Below, in pieces: positions 1 through 10,363 of a DNA stretch of 64,000 nt. This DNA is from a bacterium. Lineage in GTDB: Bacteria > UBA8248 > JACPRG01 > G963555815. The stretch is taken from contig CBDHDG010000007.1 in assembly GCA_965261595.1 (NCBI GenBank), positions 160,001-224,000 on the forward strand. The letters run 5' to 3'. The translations under genes and the position numbers were made by a program. Position 1 is the stretch's first letter, and the number at the start of each line of letters is the position of its first letter. The notes below the pieces were generated by a model that saw only the letters and a program-made list of their open reading frames with translations, had not been told where the DNA came from and made no database searches.

Positions 1-558
1 CGAGATGGAATTCACCGTAATCCCGTCCGGGCCGAGCTCGCGGGCCATGGCGCGGGTCATGCCGATCACCGCCGACTTGGACGCCGTGTAGTGGATGAAC
101 GCCGGAATGCCCGTGTCATGGACAGCGGAGGCGATGTTGACGATCTTTCCCGACTTTTGTTCCTTCATCCGCCGGGCCGCGGCCTTGGTGACAACGACCT
201 GGCCGAGGATGTTCACCTTCAGGACCCGGTCCCAGTCCTCGAGGGAGATGTCGAACATCGAGCCCCGCTCGATGGTCGCGTACAGGGCCGCGTTGTTCAA
301 AAGGATATCCAGGCTTCCGAAGGCGTCCACCGTCTTCTTCACGGCGGCCTCCATCGCCGAGGGGTCCGTGATATCGCCTTCGATCCCGATGGCCTCCGCC
401 CCGTCTTCCTTGAGCTGGTTGGCCGGCCCCTGGCAATCCAGGACGTCGTTGATGACCAACTTCGCGCCCTCCTTGGCCAGGCCCTGGGCGTACACCCAAC
501 CGATGCCCTGGGCCCCGCCCGTAACGAAGGCGACTTTCCCTTCCACTCTTCCCGCCAT
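1..558 (-). CDS. Short-chain dehydrogenase/reductase (FabG-like), 3' end outside window
   Basis: Manual translation MAGRVEGKVAFVTGGAQGIGW (TGxxxGIG), later NNAA and YTASK (YxxxK); an alternative ATG lies at 567. Confidence 0.9.
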   Translation of the reverse strand, partial: MAGRVEGKVAFVTGGAQGIGWVYAQGLAKEGAKLVINDVLDCQGPANQLKEDGAEAIGIEGDITDPSAMEAAVKKTVDAFGSLDILLNNAALYATIERGSMFDISLEDWDRVLKVNILGQVVVTKAAARRMKEQKSGKIVNIASAVHDTGIPAFIHYTASKSAVIGMTRAMARELGPDGITVNSIS

Positions 559-661
559 TTGCGTCATCTCCTCGCGATCAAAAAGAAAAAAAACCAAGCC
601 GATCTCCCCGGCAACCCCGGCGACGTACAAACACGGGGGGGAGGGGGCGGCGAATCCCGTC

Positions 662-1654
662 TCAGCCGTACTTCTTTTTCAGGTGAGGCATGCACTCTAC
701 AGCGAACAACTCCATGGAGTCCAGGACGGCCCGTTGGGGCATGTCGTGGAAGTGCATGCGGAAGATCAGGTGATTGACGCCCAGCGCGTCGACGAACTTT
801 TCCAGGCCCTCGATGCACGTCTCGGGCGGGCCGATGATGAAGCGGTCCTTCATCAGCCCCTCGAACGTGACCTCGGCCTCGCCGGTGGGGGTCGTCGTAT
901 GTCCCCACTGGATGTAATCATCTTTGTAGTTGTGATACAGGCGCTCTCGGGCGGCCGCTTCGGCCTCCTTGTCCACGGAGCAGAAACATTCCCGGATGAT
1001 GGGAAACTCCCGCCCCCGGAGCTCCTCGTCCCCCCCTCCGAGGGCGGTCTTGTAAAACCCGTAGGCCCGCTGGACTTTTTCCAGGTCGGCCGACGGGCCG
1101 GGGAACCAGGCGTCCGCCCACCGGGCCGCTCGGGCGCAGGCGGGCTCGGTCCAGCCGCCCATCCAGATGGGGGGCCGGGGCCGCTGGATGGGCTTCGGCA
1201 GAAGCCGCGCGTCTTGGAGCGAGAAATATTTCCCGTCATACGTCACCCGGTCCTCAGCCCAAAGCGCCCGGAGGATCCGCACCGACTCCTCCGTCCGCCC
1301 GCCCCGCTCCTTGATCGGGACATTGAACAGGCGGAACTCCTCCTCCCGGTAACCCACGCCCAGACCCACGACGCACCGGCCGCCGGAAATCACGTCCAGC
1401 ATCGTCGCGTCCTCGGCGATGTGAAATGGGTGGTAGAAAGGCGCGAGCAGAACGGCCGTCCCGAGCGTGACCGAATGGGTGTGCGCGGCCAACCCGGCCA
1501 AGGCCAGCCAGGGGGAGGGGTAGTATCCCGCCTCCACGCTGTGATGCTCGGAGATCCAGAGGGAGTCGTACCCCCATTCCTCCGCCTTCACCGATTGCTC
1601 GACGGTATCGGACCACCGGGCTTTTTCCTGACAGGGGACCAGACCGAATTTCAT
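662..1654 (-). CDS. LLM-class flavin-dependent oxidoreductase (luciferase-like)
   Basis: AEEWGYDSLWISEHH, HPFHIAEDATMLDVISGGR, GLGVGYR motifs. Confidence 0.92.
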   Translation of the reverse strand: MKFGLVPCQEKARWSDTVEQSVKAEEWGYDSLWISEHHSVEAGYYPSPWLALAGLAAHTHSVTLGTAVLLAPFYHPFHIAEDATMLDVISGGRCVVGLGVGYREEEFRLFNVPIKERGGRTEESVRILRALWAEDRVTYDGKYFSLQDARLLPKPIQRPRPPIWMGGWTEPACARAARWADAWFPGPSADLEKVQRAYGFYKTALGGGDEELRGREFPIIRECFCSVDKEAEAAARERLYHNYKDDYIQWGHTTTPTGEAEVTFEGLMKDRFIIGPPETCIEGLEKFVDALGVNHLIFRMHFHDMPQRAVLDSMELFAVECMPHLKKKYG

Positions 1655-1723
1655 CGCGTTCGGATTTCCTCCGGGAGAGCGCTTGGCCTCAAATTCTCAC
1701 AAACATTCAAATTGCTGATTAGA

Positions 1724-1776
1724 CTGGGGGGACATTTTGAAAACTTCACCGCGGTGGGGTGTGTCCCCCCAGGGTT
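1724..1776. repeat. REP-like palindrome, family A (CTGGGGG..ACATTTTGAAAAC..TGTCCCCCCAGGGTT)
   Basis: Intergenic inverted repeat; related copies at 10328-10363 and 11155-11190. Confidence 0.6.
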
Positions 1777-1790
1777 CTCGCCTCCCGTCC

Positions 1791-2783
1791 TCAGCCGTAC
1801 TTCTGATTCAGTTGGGGGATGCACTCCGCGGCGAACAGCTTCATCGAGTCCAGGACAGCTTGCTGGCGGATGTTGTGAAAGTGCATCCGGAAGATCAGGT
1901 GATTGACGCCCAGGGCGTCGATGAAGGTCTCAAGCCCCTCGATGCATTTCTCGGGCGGGCCGACGATGAAGCGGTCCTTCATCAGTCCTTCGAACGTGAC
2001 GTTCTTCTCGCCGGTCGAAGTCGTCTTGTGTCCCCAGCGAACATAGTCTTCCATGTACATGTGCCGGAGATGTTCGAGGGCCTCCTCTTCGGCGGCCTTG
2101 TCCTTACAGCAGAAAAGCTCCCGCATGATGGGGAACTCTTTGGAGCGGATCTCCTCGTCGGTCTCGCCGAGGGCGTTCTTGTAAAACCCGTAGGCCGCCT
2201 TCACCTTTTCCAGATCGGCCGTGGGGCCTGGGAACCAGGCGTCCGCCAGCCGGGCCGCGCGGTCGCAGGCCGGCTCCAGCCAGCCGCCGATCCAGAGAGG
2301 GGGGCGGGGCTTCTGGATGGGTTTCGGGAGAAGCCGCGCGTCGTTCACCTGGTAATGCTTCCCCTGAAAATTCACAGTGTCCTCGGCCCAGAGCGCCCGG
2401 ATGATCCGGGTGCTTTCCTCCATCCTCGCCCCGCGCTGCTTGACCGGGACGTTGAACAGATCGAATTCGGCCGCCCGGTAACCCACGCCCAGCCCCAGGA
2501 TGCACCGGCCGTTCGATATCACGTCCAGCATGGTGGCGTCTTCGGCGATGTGGAACGGGTGATGGAACGGGGCGATGAGAACGCTGGTCCCGAGCATGAC
2601 CGTCTTCGTGTGCGGGGCGATCCCCGCGAGGGCGAGCCAGGGAGAGGGATAATATCCCTCCTCCACGCTGTGGTGCTCCTGGAGCCAGAGGGAGTCGTAC
2701 CCCCATTCCTCCGCCTTCACGCATTGCTCGACGGTGTCGTCCCAGCGAACCATCTCCTGGCACGGCGAAAGACCGAATTTCAT
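1791..2783 (-). CDS. LLM-class flavin-dependent oxidoreductase, tandem paralogue of 662-1654
   Basis: Same length (330 aa), colinear and highly similar to the neighbouring LLM protein. Confidence 0.92.
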   Translation of the reverse strand: MKFGLSPCQEMVRWDDTVEQCVKAEEWGYDSLWLQEHHSVEEGYYPSPWLALAGIAPHTKTVMLGTSVLIAPFHHPFHIAEDATMLDVISNGRCILGLGVGYRAAEFDLFNVPVKQRGARMEESTRIIRALWAEDTVNFQGKHYQVNDARLLPKPIQKPRPPLWIGGWLEPACDRAARLADAWFPGPTADLEKVKAAYGFYKNALGETDEEIRSKEFPIMRELFCCKDKAAEEEALEHLRHMYMEDYVRWGHKTTSTGEKNVTFEGLMKDRFIVGPPEKCIEGLETFIDALGVNHLIFRMHFHNIRQQAVLDSMKLFAAECIPQLNQKYG

Positions 2784-2900
2784 GTCTCCAAGACTCCCGA
2801 CAGGAGGGTGAAGGGAACCGGGCCGGTTCGGAATTCTTCCGCGTCAGGGCGAGGCCGGCCCATGAGGTGCGTCCTCGGAGATGACGGATTTCCGTCCGCC

Positions 2901-3836
2901 TCACGTCCGGGCGGGAAGAAGCTCCATCGTTTCCAGGGCTTGACGAATGGCCTCCCGCTCCGCGTCGGAGACAGCCATCAGCGGCGGGCGCACCGTGGCG
3001 CGCTCGATGATGCCCTGCATGGCCAGGACCTCTTTCAGCCGGGCCCGGTAGTTCCGCACGGGCGGCCCGAAGGTGGCGTCCACAAGCGGCTGGATCTTCC
3101 GGCCGATCTCTTTGACCGTATTGAAGTCGTTCTCCATCGCGGCGTGGAAGGCTTCGACCTGAAGAGCGGTCGCCACCGTCCCGAATCCGATGAGGGCCCC
3201 CTTGGCGCCCAGGATGAAGGACTCGCAGATGAAGTTGTCGTTCCCCGTCAGGATAACGGGCGCCCTCGGGGCCGCGCCCAGGGCCGCCACCGTCCGGACG
3301 AACTTGAGGGCGTCGAAGGAGGCCTCCTTGACCGCCACAACGTTCTCGATCTCGCAGAGGCGCAGCAGGGTCTCGTCCTCGAACTCGACGCCGCCCAGGG
3401 CGTCCTGGAGCTGAAAGAGAATCATGGGCAGGTCCACGGCATCGGCGATGGCCGCGTGGTAGGCGTAGATCTGTTCTTTGTCCTGGGGCTTCCCCCGGAA
3501 GGCGGGGATGGGGAACATGAGCAAACCGTCCGCCCCAACGGCCTCGGCCTCCCGGGCCTGCTCGATGGCCGCCTCGGTGAACATGGCCGTGAGGCCGACG
3601 ATGACGGAAACGCGGCCGTCCACAATTTCGACGACCCTTTCCAGCACCCGGCGCTTCTCTTCGGGATAGAGGTGGGGGCCTTCCCCCGTATCCGCGTTGA
3701 CGGCGACGGCGCACACCCCCTGGCCGATGAGCCAGTCGTAGTAGCTCTTCATGGAGGCGGGGTCCATCTTGCAATCATCGGTCATGGGCAGGACCGTCGC
3801 CGGGATGATGCCGCGAACGTTCACCGGTTTCACCAT
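2901..3836 (-). CDS. Dihydrodipicolinate synthase/N-acetylneuraminate lyase family protein
   Basis: GIIPATVLP, TGEG, catalytic Lys in VAVKEAS; the usual GxTGE is NADTGE, so probably not true DapA. Confidence 0.85.
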   Translation of the reverse strand: MVKPVNVRGIIPATVLPMTDDCKMDPASMKSYYDWLIGQGVCAVAVNADTGEGPHLYPEEKRRVLERVVEIVDGRVSVIVGLTAMFTEAAIEQAREAEAVGADGLLMFPIPAFRGKPQDKEQIYAYHAAIADAVDLPMILFQLQDALGGVEFEDETLLRLCEIENVVAVKEASFDALKFVRTVAALGAAPRAPVILTGNDNFICESFILGAKGALIGFGTVATALQVEAFHAAMENDFNTVKEIGRKIQPLVDATFGPPVRNYRARLKEVLAMQGIIERATVRPPLMAVSDAEREAIRQALETMELLPART

Positions 3837-4146
3837 GCCTCACCTTCCTTCTCTTCGCCGACCCGCGCCTTCTTCACGGAGCAGGCCTCCAAGCCGGCGG
3901 ATTCATCCCAATCTTTTGATCAGCGTCATTTTACGTGAACGGTTCAGGGGGAAGCAACGATGGAGGCGGCGGGCCGTTCAAAACGGGGCCATCGGCAGCC
4001 GCCCGCCGAGCCGCTTCAGGCGTTCGCGGTGCGGCGCCCCCCTCCCCCTCCCCCTCACCCCCCGGCGCGCTTCCATCCCGTCCGGAGGACATTGAGGCCT
4101 CTCCCATGAGCCGGAGGCGGACGGACGCCGAAACCGGACCGGCCGG

Positions 4147-4545
4147 CTATTCTTCCGGATCCAATTCCAGGGACGCGGAATTGATGCAATACCTGAGTCC
4201 CGTCGGCTGGGGACCGTCCGGGAAGATGTGACCCAGGTGGGCGTCGCAGTTGTCGCACATCACCTCCACCCGCCGCATGCCGTAGCTGACGTCTTCCTCC
4301 TCCTTGACGATCTCATCGTTCACGGGCTGCCAAAAGCTCGGCCAGCCGGTGCCCGAATCGAACTTGTGATCGGTGTGAAAGAGCTTCGCCCCGCAGCACA
4401 CACACCGGTACGTCCCCTTGTCCTTGGCGTCCCAATACTTGCCGGAGAAAGCCGGCTCCGTGCCCTTTTCGCGTGTGACGTGATACTGCTCGGGCGTGAG
4501 CTGCGCCTGCCACTCGGCTTCGGTCTTCCGCGTCTTCTCGGCCAT
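4147..4545 (-). CDS. msrB: Peptide-methionine (R)-S-oxide reductase
   Basis: [28 protein letters not shown]. Confidence 0.98.
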   Translation of the reverse strand: MAEKTRKTEAEWQAQLTPEQYHVTREKGTEPAFSGKYWDAKDKGTYRCVCCGAKLFHTDHKFDSGTGWPSFWQPVNDEIVKEEEDVSYGMRRVEVMCDNCDAHLGHIFPDGPQPTGLRYCINSASLELDPEE

Positions 4546-4796
4546 TTCGGAAATTCCCTTTCCATTCAGTATGGATACTCATTCACTTTAGGGCTTCAGA
4601 ATAAGACAAAAACAATTTTCAAAAAAGTGCGCCGCTGGCGGCTGGTCCACCCCAAAACGGCCTTCCATCATCGGGCCGAGGGCCGTCGGGGTTGAGATCC
4701 TCCCCCGCTCCAAGTAAAAGGGGTGGGACGTAGCCGAACGCCCGGAACCCCGCGAACCACCGGCCCCCCATCCCACCGATCCGCCGAGGAAAGACC

Positions 4797-6464
4797 GTGA
4801 CGACCGACGAGCTGACCTACCTGAGCGTAACCGAGCTGGCCTCCCGCATCCGCAAAGGGGAGCTTTCCCCCGTGGAGATCACCGAGGCCTGCCTGGCCCG
4901 GATCGAGGCCCACGATGACAAGCTGAACGCTTTCATCACCGTGACCGCGGACAAAGCCCGCGAGGCCGCGAAACGGGCGGAGAAGGAAATCCGCGAGGGC
5001 CGCGGCCGGGGGACGTTTCACGGCATCCCCATCGCCCTGAAGGACCTCATCGAAGTCGAGGGCGTCCGGATGACGGCGGGATCGAAGATCCTGGAGAACC
5101 ACGTCGCACGGCGCACGGCGACCGTGGCCCGGCGGCTCGAAGAAGCGGGGGCCGTGCTCCTCGGCAAGACCAACTTGCAGGAGTTCGCCCGGGGGCCGAC
5201 GGGCGTGGACTCGCATTTCGGCGCCTCGTCCAACCCCTGGGACGTGACGCGCATCACGGGAGGGTCGAGCAGCGGCTCGGGCGGGGCCGTCGCGGGCGGG
5301 CTGGCCCCCGCGGCGCTGGGCTCCGACACGGGGGGCTCGGTCCGCATGCCGGCGGCCCTATGCGGGATCGTCGGCATCCGCCCGACCTACGGCCGGGTCA
5401 GCCGGTGGGGCGCGGTCCCCCTGGGGACGACGTACGACACGATCGGCCCCATGACCCGGTCCGTCGAGGACGCGGCCCGGATGCTCTCGGTCATCTCCGG
5501 CCGCGACCCCCTGGACCCCTCCACGGAAAACGAGCCGGTTCCGGACTATGCGGAATCCGTCGAAACCGGCCGGAACCGGGACCTGAAGGGCCTCCGCCTC
5601 GGCGTGCCCGTGAACTATTTCTTTCCGGGATTCGACGCCGAGGTGGAAGGGCTGGTCCGGGAGGCGATCCGGGTCCTGGAAGGACTCGGGGCGGAGGTGC
5701 GCGAGGTGGAGGTCCCCTTCGCCGAATACAGCGCCTCGACCTATCTGGGCGTGAACGGACCCGACGCGGGCCTTTATCATCTGCCCACCCTGAAGTCACG
5801 CAAGAAAGACTACATGAGACTGACGGCGGAGTTCTTCGAGCTGGGCCTGTTCGTTCCCGGCTGGCGGCATCTCCAAGGACAAAAGGCGCGGACCCTGTTC
5901 ATGCGGCAGACGGCGGAGTTGTTCCAACAGGTGGACGCCGTCGTGACGCCGGCGGTCCCCGTTCCCGCCCCCCCCATCGAGGACTCGGACGACTGGCGGA
6001 CCGTCATCCACTGCACCCTGCCGAATGGCGGGGTGGGGATTCCGGCCCTGTCGACGCCTTGCGGATTCACGCGGGCCGGGCTCCCGGCGGGTTTGCAGAT
6101 CGCCGGCCGGTGGTGGGAGGAGGGGATCCTGTTCCGGATCGCCGCGGCCTATGAAGCCGCGACCGATTGGGGCGCCCGCAGACCCGACTTCGAGAGATCC
6201 CCGAAACCGAATCACTTCGTGAACCCGAAAACCCCGCAGACGGCCAAACCGACCGAACCGGCGGATGCGGCCATGGGCCGGGAATCCGTCCGGGAATGGG
6301 CGGAGTCGATGGGACTGTCGGCGCCGGAAGACGAGCTGGACGCCCTGACGGGCCGGGTCGGCCGGATGTTCCGCTCCCTCCGCCGCCTGGATGAGCTTCC
6401 GCTGGATGACGTGGAGCCCGGCGTCATCTTCCGCGCGCCCGCCCGGGGCGAAGACCCGGTTTGA
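4797..6464 (+). CDS. Amidase signature family enzyme with a C-terminal GatC/AtzG-like extension
   Basis: Ser-cisSer-Lys triad motifs IALKDL, GGSSSGS, GSDTGGSVR; about 90 extra residues after the amidase domain. Confidence 0.88.
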   Translation: MTTDELTYLSVTELASRIRKGELSPVEITEACLARIEAHDDKLNAFITVTADKAREAAKRAEKEIREGRGRGTFHGIPIALKDLIEVEGVRMTAGSKILENHVARRTATVARRLEEAGAVLLGKTNLQEFARGPTGVDSHFGASSNPWDVTRITGGSSSGSGGAVAGGLAPAALGSDTGGSVRMPAALCGIVGIRPTYGRVSRWGAVPLGTTYDTIGPMTRSVEDAARMLSVISGRDPLDPSTENEPVPDYAESVETGRNRDLKGLRLGVPVNYFFPGFDAEVEGLVREAIRVLEGLGAEVREVEVPFAEYSASTYLGVNGPDAGLYHLPTLKSRKKDYMRLTAEFFELGLFVPGWRHLQGQKARTLFMRQTAELFQQVDAVVTPAVPVPAPPIEDSDDWRTVIHCTLPNGGVGIPALSTPCGFTRAGLPAGLQIAGRWWEEGILFRIAAAYEAATDWGARRPDFERSPKPNHFVNPKTPQTAKPTEPADAAMGRESVREWAESMGLSAPEDELDALTGRVGRMFRSLRRLDELPLDDVEPGVIFRAPARGEDPV

Positions 6465-6637
6465 AGTGAACCTTGGCGGGGGCGCTTGCGCGCCGGCCAA
6501 GCTGCGGTTGGAGGGGGGTGTGCTTATGACAACCCTCCCGGCGCGCGGATCTCCGATGGGCTAACGGGTAGGGGCGCGAATACGGAAAACCGACACCGAA
6601 TGTCCGCTCCCCTTCCCCCCGCTTGAACTTTCCCTCC

Positions 6638-7228
6638 TCACCGGAAGACCCTGCCCACGAACCGCGCCAAGGCCTCGGCGGCGCGATAGGGGATCTCCTC
6701 GGCGGCGGTCGGGGAAACGACGCCGGCCCCTCCGGTGGCCACGGCAAGCACCCGGACCCCGCCCAGAACCGCCCCCGTCCGGCCTTCCTCCAGCCGCCCT
6801 TCCACTTCAAGCAGGGACCCGCTCATCCCCTCGGTGGGCGCGACACCCACGACCACGATCCGGAAAATCAGGTCACCGGGTTGAACCGTCCGGACCTCCC
6901 GGAAGATTTTTTGCGAGGCGAGGATCTCGCGCAGCCTCCTCCACGCGGCCAAAGAGAACTTCCGCTCGTCCCAAACGGGGGCCGGGTTGAGGAACTGAAA
7001 CCGGGGAGCTTGAAGCGTGAGATTGCGATTCGCGGGGATCTTCCGGCGAATGGACTCGAAGACTTCGGCCGAAGGATCTTCGACGGGCTTCAGCACGCCG
7101 AAACCGCCAAGGAGGCGGCCTTCAGACGTCTGGGCGGCCGGGGGTGGACCGAGGAACGCGGAAGCCGCCATCCATCCCGCGAGCGCCATCCACGTCGGCC
7201 GGGGTTTCATTCCGGATTCTCCAGTCAT
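6638..7228 (-). CDS. Hypothetical exported protein
   Basis: Signal-peptide-like N-terminus, plausible globular composition. Confidence 0.55.
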   Translation of the reverse strand: MTGESGMKPRPTWMALAGWMAASAFLGPPPAAQTSEGRLLGGFGVLKPVEDPSAEVFESIRRKIPANRNLTLQAPRFQFLNPAPVWDERKFSLAAWRRLREILASQKIFREVRTVQPGDLIFRIVVVGVAPTEGMSGSLLEVEGRLEEGRTGAVLGGVRVLAVATGGAGVVSPTAAEEIPYRAAEALARFVGRVFR

Positions 7229-7296
7229 GGGGAAAGCGGGAACACCCGCTCCCGAACGAGATACGTTACACTATAAAATCGGTGGCGGGAGGAGCA

Positions 7297-7980
7297 ATGC
7301 GCATGCGTTATCACATCTCCGGACGCATCCGGCCGGAGGAGGAAGAGGCGCTCCTGGAAGATGTCCGGGACGGGACCGTCGGAGCGGGAACGATCTTCCA
7401 CGGCGGGATGATGGCCGGCCTGCGGGACGCCACGGTGGAGGAAGAGGATCGGGTGCATTTCGTCGAGGTGTGCTACTGCCTCGAATCCGGCCTGGACCCC
7501 ATGGCCATGGAGCTCCCTTATCTGGAGAGATGTCTCGACGCGATTGAGGTCCGGGACGCCAGAAGACGCAAGGCCTGCACGATGGAGTGCGAGGCGTGCG
7601 ACTGCACCCGGACCCTCCGGCTCCCGGGAGCCCCGCTGGCGGACCGGCTCGGGCTGGACGGAGACGGCCCGGAGGAGGACTACATCGACCCGGGCCGCAT
7701 TCCCCTGAACCGGAAGAAACAGAAAACCGGCCTCGCCGCCCTGCGGGAAGCCCTGGATGGCGGCGCGGAGGCCTTCGACGGGGGCGCGGCGGTGAAGGGC
7801 TTCTACGTCATCTTGTCGGATGGGGACGAATATTTCCGCGTGAAGGGGATTCCCGACACGCGGGAGGCCCACGCGCTGCTCCGCGCATGCGGCCTGAATG
7901 GTCTCGGGTCCGTGGAGGGCGCGCGCCGGTCGGCCCGGGGCTCTATCGCCGCGCGCGACGACAAGTCCAACGTGGTCTAG
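7297..7980 (+). CDS. Hypothetical Cys-rich protein
   Basis: RBS GGAGGAG before ATG 7297; EVCYC and CTMECEACDC cysteine clusters. Confidence 0.7.
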   Translation: MRMRYHISGRIRPEEEEALLEDVRDGTVGAGTIFHGGMMAGLRDATVEEEDRVHFVEVCYCLESGLDPMAMELPYLERCLDAIEVRDARRRKACTMECEACDCTRTLRLPGAPLADRLGLDGDGPEEDYIDPGRIPLNRKKQKTGLAALREALDGGAEAFDGGAAVKGFYVILSDGDEYFRVKGIPDTREAHALLRACGLNGLGSVEGARRSARGSIAARDDKSNVV

Positions 7981-8071
7981 GTATGAAAGGTTCGTTCAAT
8001 CAGAATATGGAGGCGTTGGCAAAGCCCCCGACACCGTTCCTCGGCCGGTTCTCTTATTTCCGGAGATTCCC

Positions 8072-9966
8072 TTGAAAACATCGATTCATTGCGGGTCCGG
8101 CGCGCTTTTCGGGGGCCTCCTCCTGGGATTGGCCGAAGGGACCTGGTTTATCTTTCGAGCTCCGACCCGATGGCGGGGCGGGTGTTTCCCTACGCGGCGG
8201 CGCTCTACGGGCTGACGGGGCTGGTGTTCGGAGTCCTCTTGGGGATTCCGATTTCCCTGTCGCGCCGCATCTTCTTGCGCCCCACCCTCGAAGGGGCGCG
8301 GGCGTTCAGCTTTACGTTCTTTCTGTGGGCGGGGGCCTTCTACATCGGCCGGGTCCGCGTCCTCCGGGATCTCCTCGAAGAGGGGGCCCGCGACTTCGGC
8401 GGGATCACACCGTTGATCGCAACCATCATCCTGGCGGTGACGGCCGCCGTCCTGGGGCTCCTGACGTTGAGACGGCTTTTGAGCGCGCGCCACAGGGTGC
8501 TCTCCCCGATTCCGGCCGCGGGAAGCCTCATCCTCGTCGTGGCGATCGGCGGTGTCCTCACGCGAGAAGGACAGCCGGAGGTGACGCCGCCCCAGGCCAA
8601 AATCGAGCGGGAGGCCCCGGGCGACAAACCGAACGTCATCCTGATCGCCGTGGACACCCTTCGCTCGGACCACGTCTCGGCCTACGCCCGCCTCCTTGGC
8701 CGAAAACCCGCGCCCGCCGAAACCCCGGCCATGGACCGTCTCGCCGCCGACGGCACGGTGTTTCTGAACGCGATCTCCCAATCCTCCTGGACCAAGCCCT
8801 CGTTCGCGTCGCTCCTGACGGGTCTCTACCCCTCGACGCACAACGCCGTCCACAAGCTGGACCGTCTGCCGGACAAGGTGGAAACCCTGGCGGAGGTCCT
8901 CTCTTCCGGCGGATACTTGACAGCGGCCCTGGCCAACAACGCGAACATCGCCCCGACGTTCAATTTTCAGCAGGGGTTTGCGCACTACCGATACCTGGAG
9001 CCCGACGCGCTGTTATGGGCACCCGAGGCCGGGTTCCATCTCGTCTTCCACCGGACTTTTCGGGCGATTCATGGACGCCTCCTCGGCGGAGGGAAGAGGC
9101 CCCGCGACTACTACTGGCCCGCCGAAGACGTGAACCGCGAGGCCTTCGACCGGATCGAGGAAATAGCGAACCGGCGCTTTTTCCTCATGATCCATTACAT
9201 GGACCCCCACGACCCGTACTTCTCCCGGCCCCTGGACGGCCGGTTCTACGCCCGCATCCAAAATCCCCGGCCCGATCCCTCTCTGGCCAACCCATACGCC
9301 GACCTCTACGCCCGAGAGGTGCGATACCTCGACACCCAAATCGGGAAGCTCATCGAATATCTCAAGGTCCTGGGTCTCTACGACAATTCCCTCATCATTC
9401 TCACCTCGGACCACGGGGAAGAGTTCTTCGAGCACAAGGGCTGGTGGCACGGGACGAGTCTGTTCGAGGAGCAAATCCGGGTTCCGCTGATCATCAAGTT
9501 TCCCAAGGGCAAGAACGCCGGGAAGGTCCGCCGGGGAGTCGTCCGGCTCCTGGATGTCCCCCAAACGATCCTGGAGGTGACGCGCACGCCCGGGGGCGGG
9601 AAAATGCAGGGGCGGAGTCTGGTGAAGGCGGCGCTGAACGGCGCCGGGAAGGAAGGAACTTCCGCCCTCTCGGAGCTGAACCCGGAAGGCCACGTCCTGT
9701 CATCCCTGCGGACAAGCCGGTGGAAGTGGATCGAGGCCAATCCCGGAAATCCCCGAAACCTGCCGGCGAAAACCCTCTCTGACTTAAAAAATGACCCGGG
9801 CGAGTTCGAGAATCTGGTGGTGAAAAAAGAGCCGGTCAGCCAGGAGCTGGACAGGAAGCTGCGCGGTCTGATCGACATGGCCCGCAAAGGCGCGGTCCCC
9901 CGCGAGGCTGTCACTCTGGACCCGGCCGAGGAAGAACGCCTGAGGGCGCTGGGATACATCGATTAG
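8072..9966 (+). CDS. Membrane-anchored sulfatase-like hydrolase; probable frameshift near 8140-8170
   Basis: PNVILIAVDTLRSDH, SSWTKPSFASLLTG, TSDHGEEF; the first TM helix (TTG 8072, GALFGGLLLGLAEG) is in a different frame from the rest. Confidence 0.85.
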
Positions 9967-10069
9967 AAGCAAGAACCTTTGGGGGGGCGCTTCCGTGCCG
10001 GCCGAACTGCGGTTGAAGCACCTTACCCCCATCACTCCGTCTCTGGCGCACGGCCCCGCGATTGTCTAA

Positions 10070-10221
10070 CGGGCGGGCATCCAGCCCGTCTTCGGAAGGC
10101 GGCCAGGATGGCCGCCCTACCTGCACGATAGCGGGCGGCCCTTTCAGGGCCGCCCGCTATCGCTAAAAACTGGCACATTGGCCGGATGCCGCGGCTGGCG
10201 CAGCCAGACGGGTATCCGGCC
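10070..10221. repeat. REP/REPIN-like hairpin cluster
   Basis: GTAG-type REP GTAGGGCGGCCATCCTGGCCGCC on minus strand (10098-10120) with an inverted degenerate partner at 10070-10090; perfect 16-bp-stem hairpin 10126-10162; further hairpin 10180-10221. Confidence 0.6.
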
Positions 10222-10327
10222 AAAAAGAGAAGCCACCGGCAGGCCGAAGACAACCGTCCCAGCCAACCCCATACCCAACCCCAGCAGGCCGAGCAAAGCT
10301 CGGCCGTCAAAAGTTTCTAAGGGGGCT

Positions 10328-10363
10328 CTGGGGGGCGTCTTACAAGAAGCCCCCCAGGGTTTT
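10328..10363. repeat. REP-like palindrome, family A
   Basis: CTGGGGGGC...GCCCCCCAGGGTTTT immediately after the pgeF stop. Confidence 0.55.

Noticed and set aside
91..3938. Long + strand ORFs (e.g. 95-1906, 1737-3938) and similar ORFs opposite glnA, groL, ubiD and others
   Set aside because: Antisense shadows of motif-supported genes, expected at high GC.
4797..6464. gatA
   Set aside because: No adjacent gatB/gatC and it lacks typical GatA motifs such as DEFAMGS and RRI..G.
6465..6637. Structured RNA or small ORF after the amidase
   Set aside because: Only weak GC-rich pairing and a 12-codon ORF; no recognisable motif.
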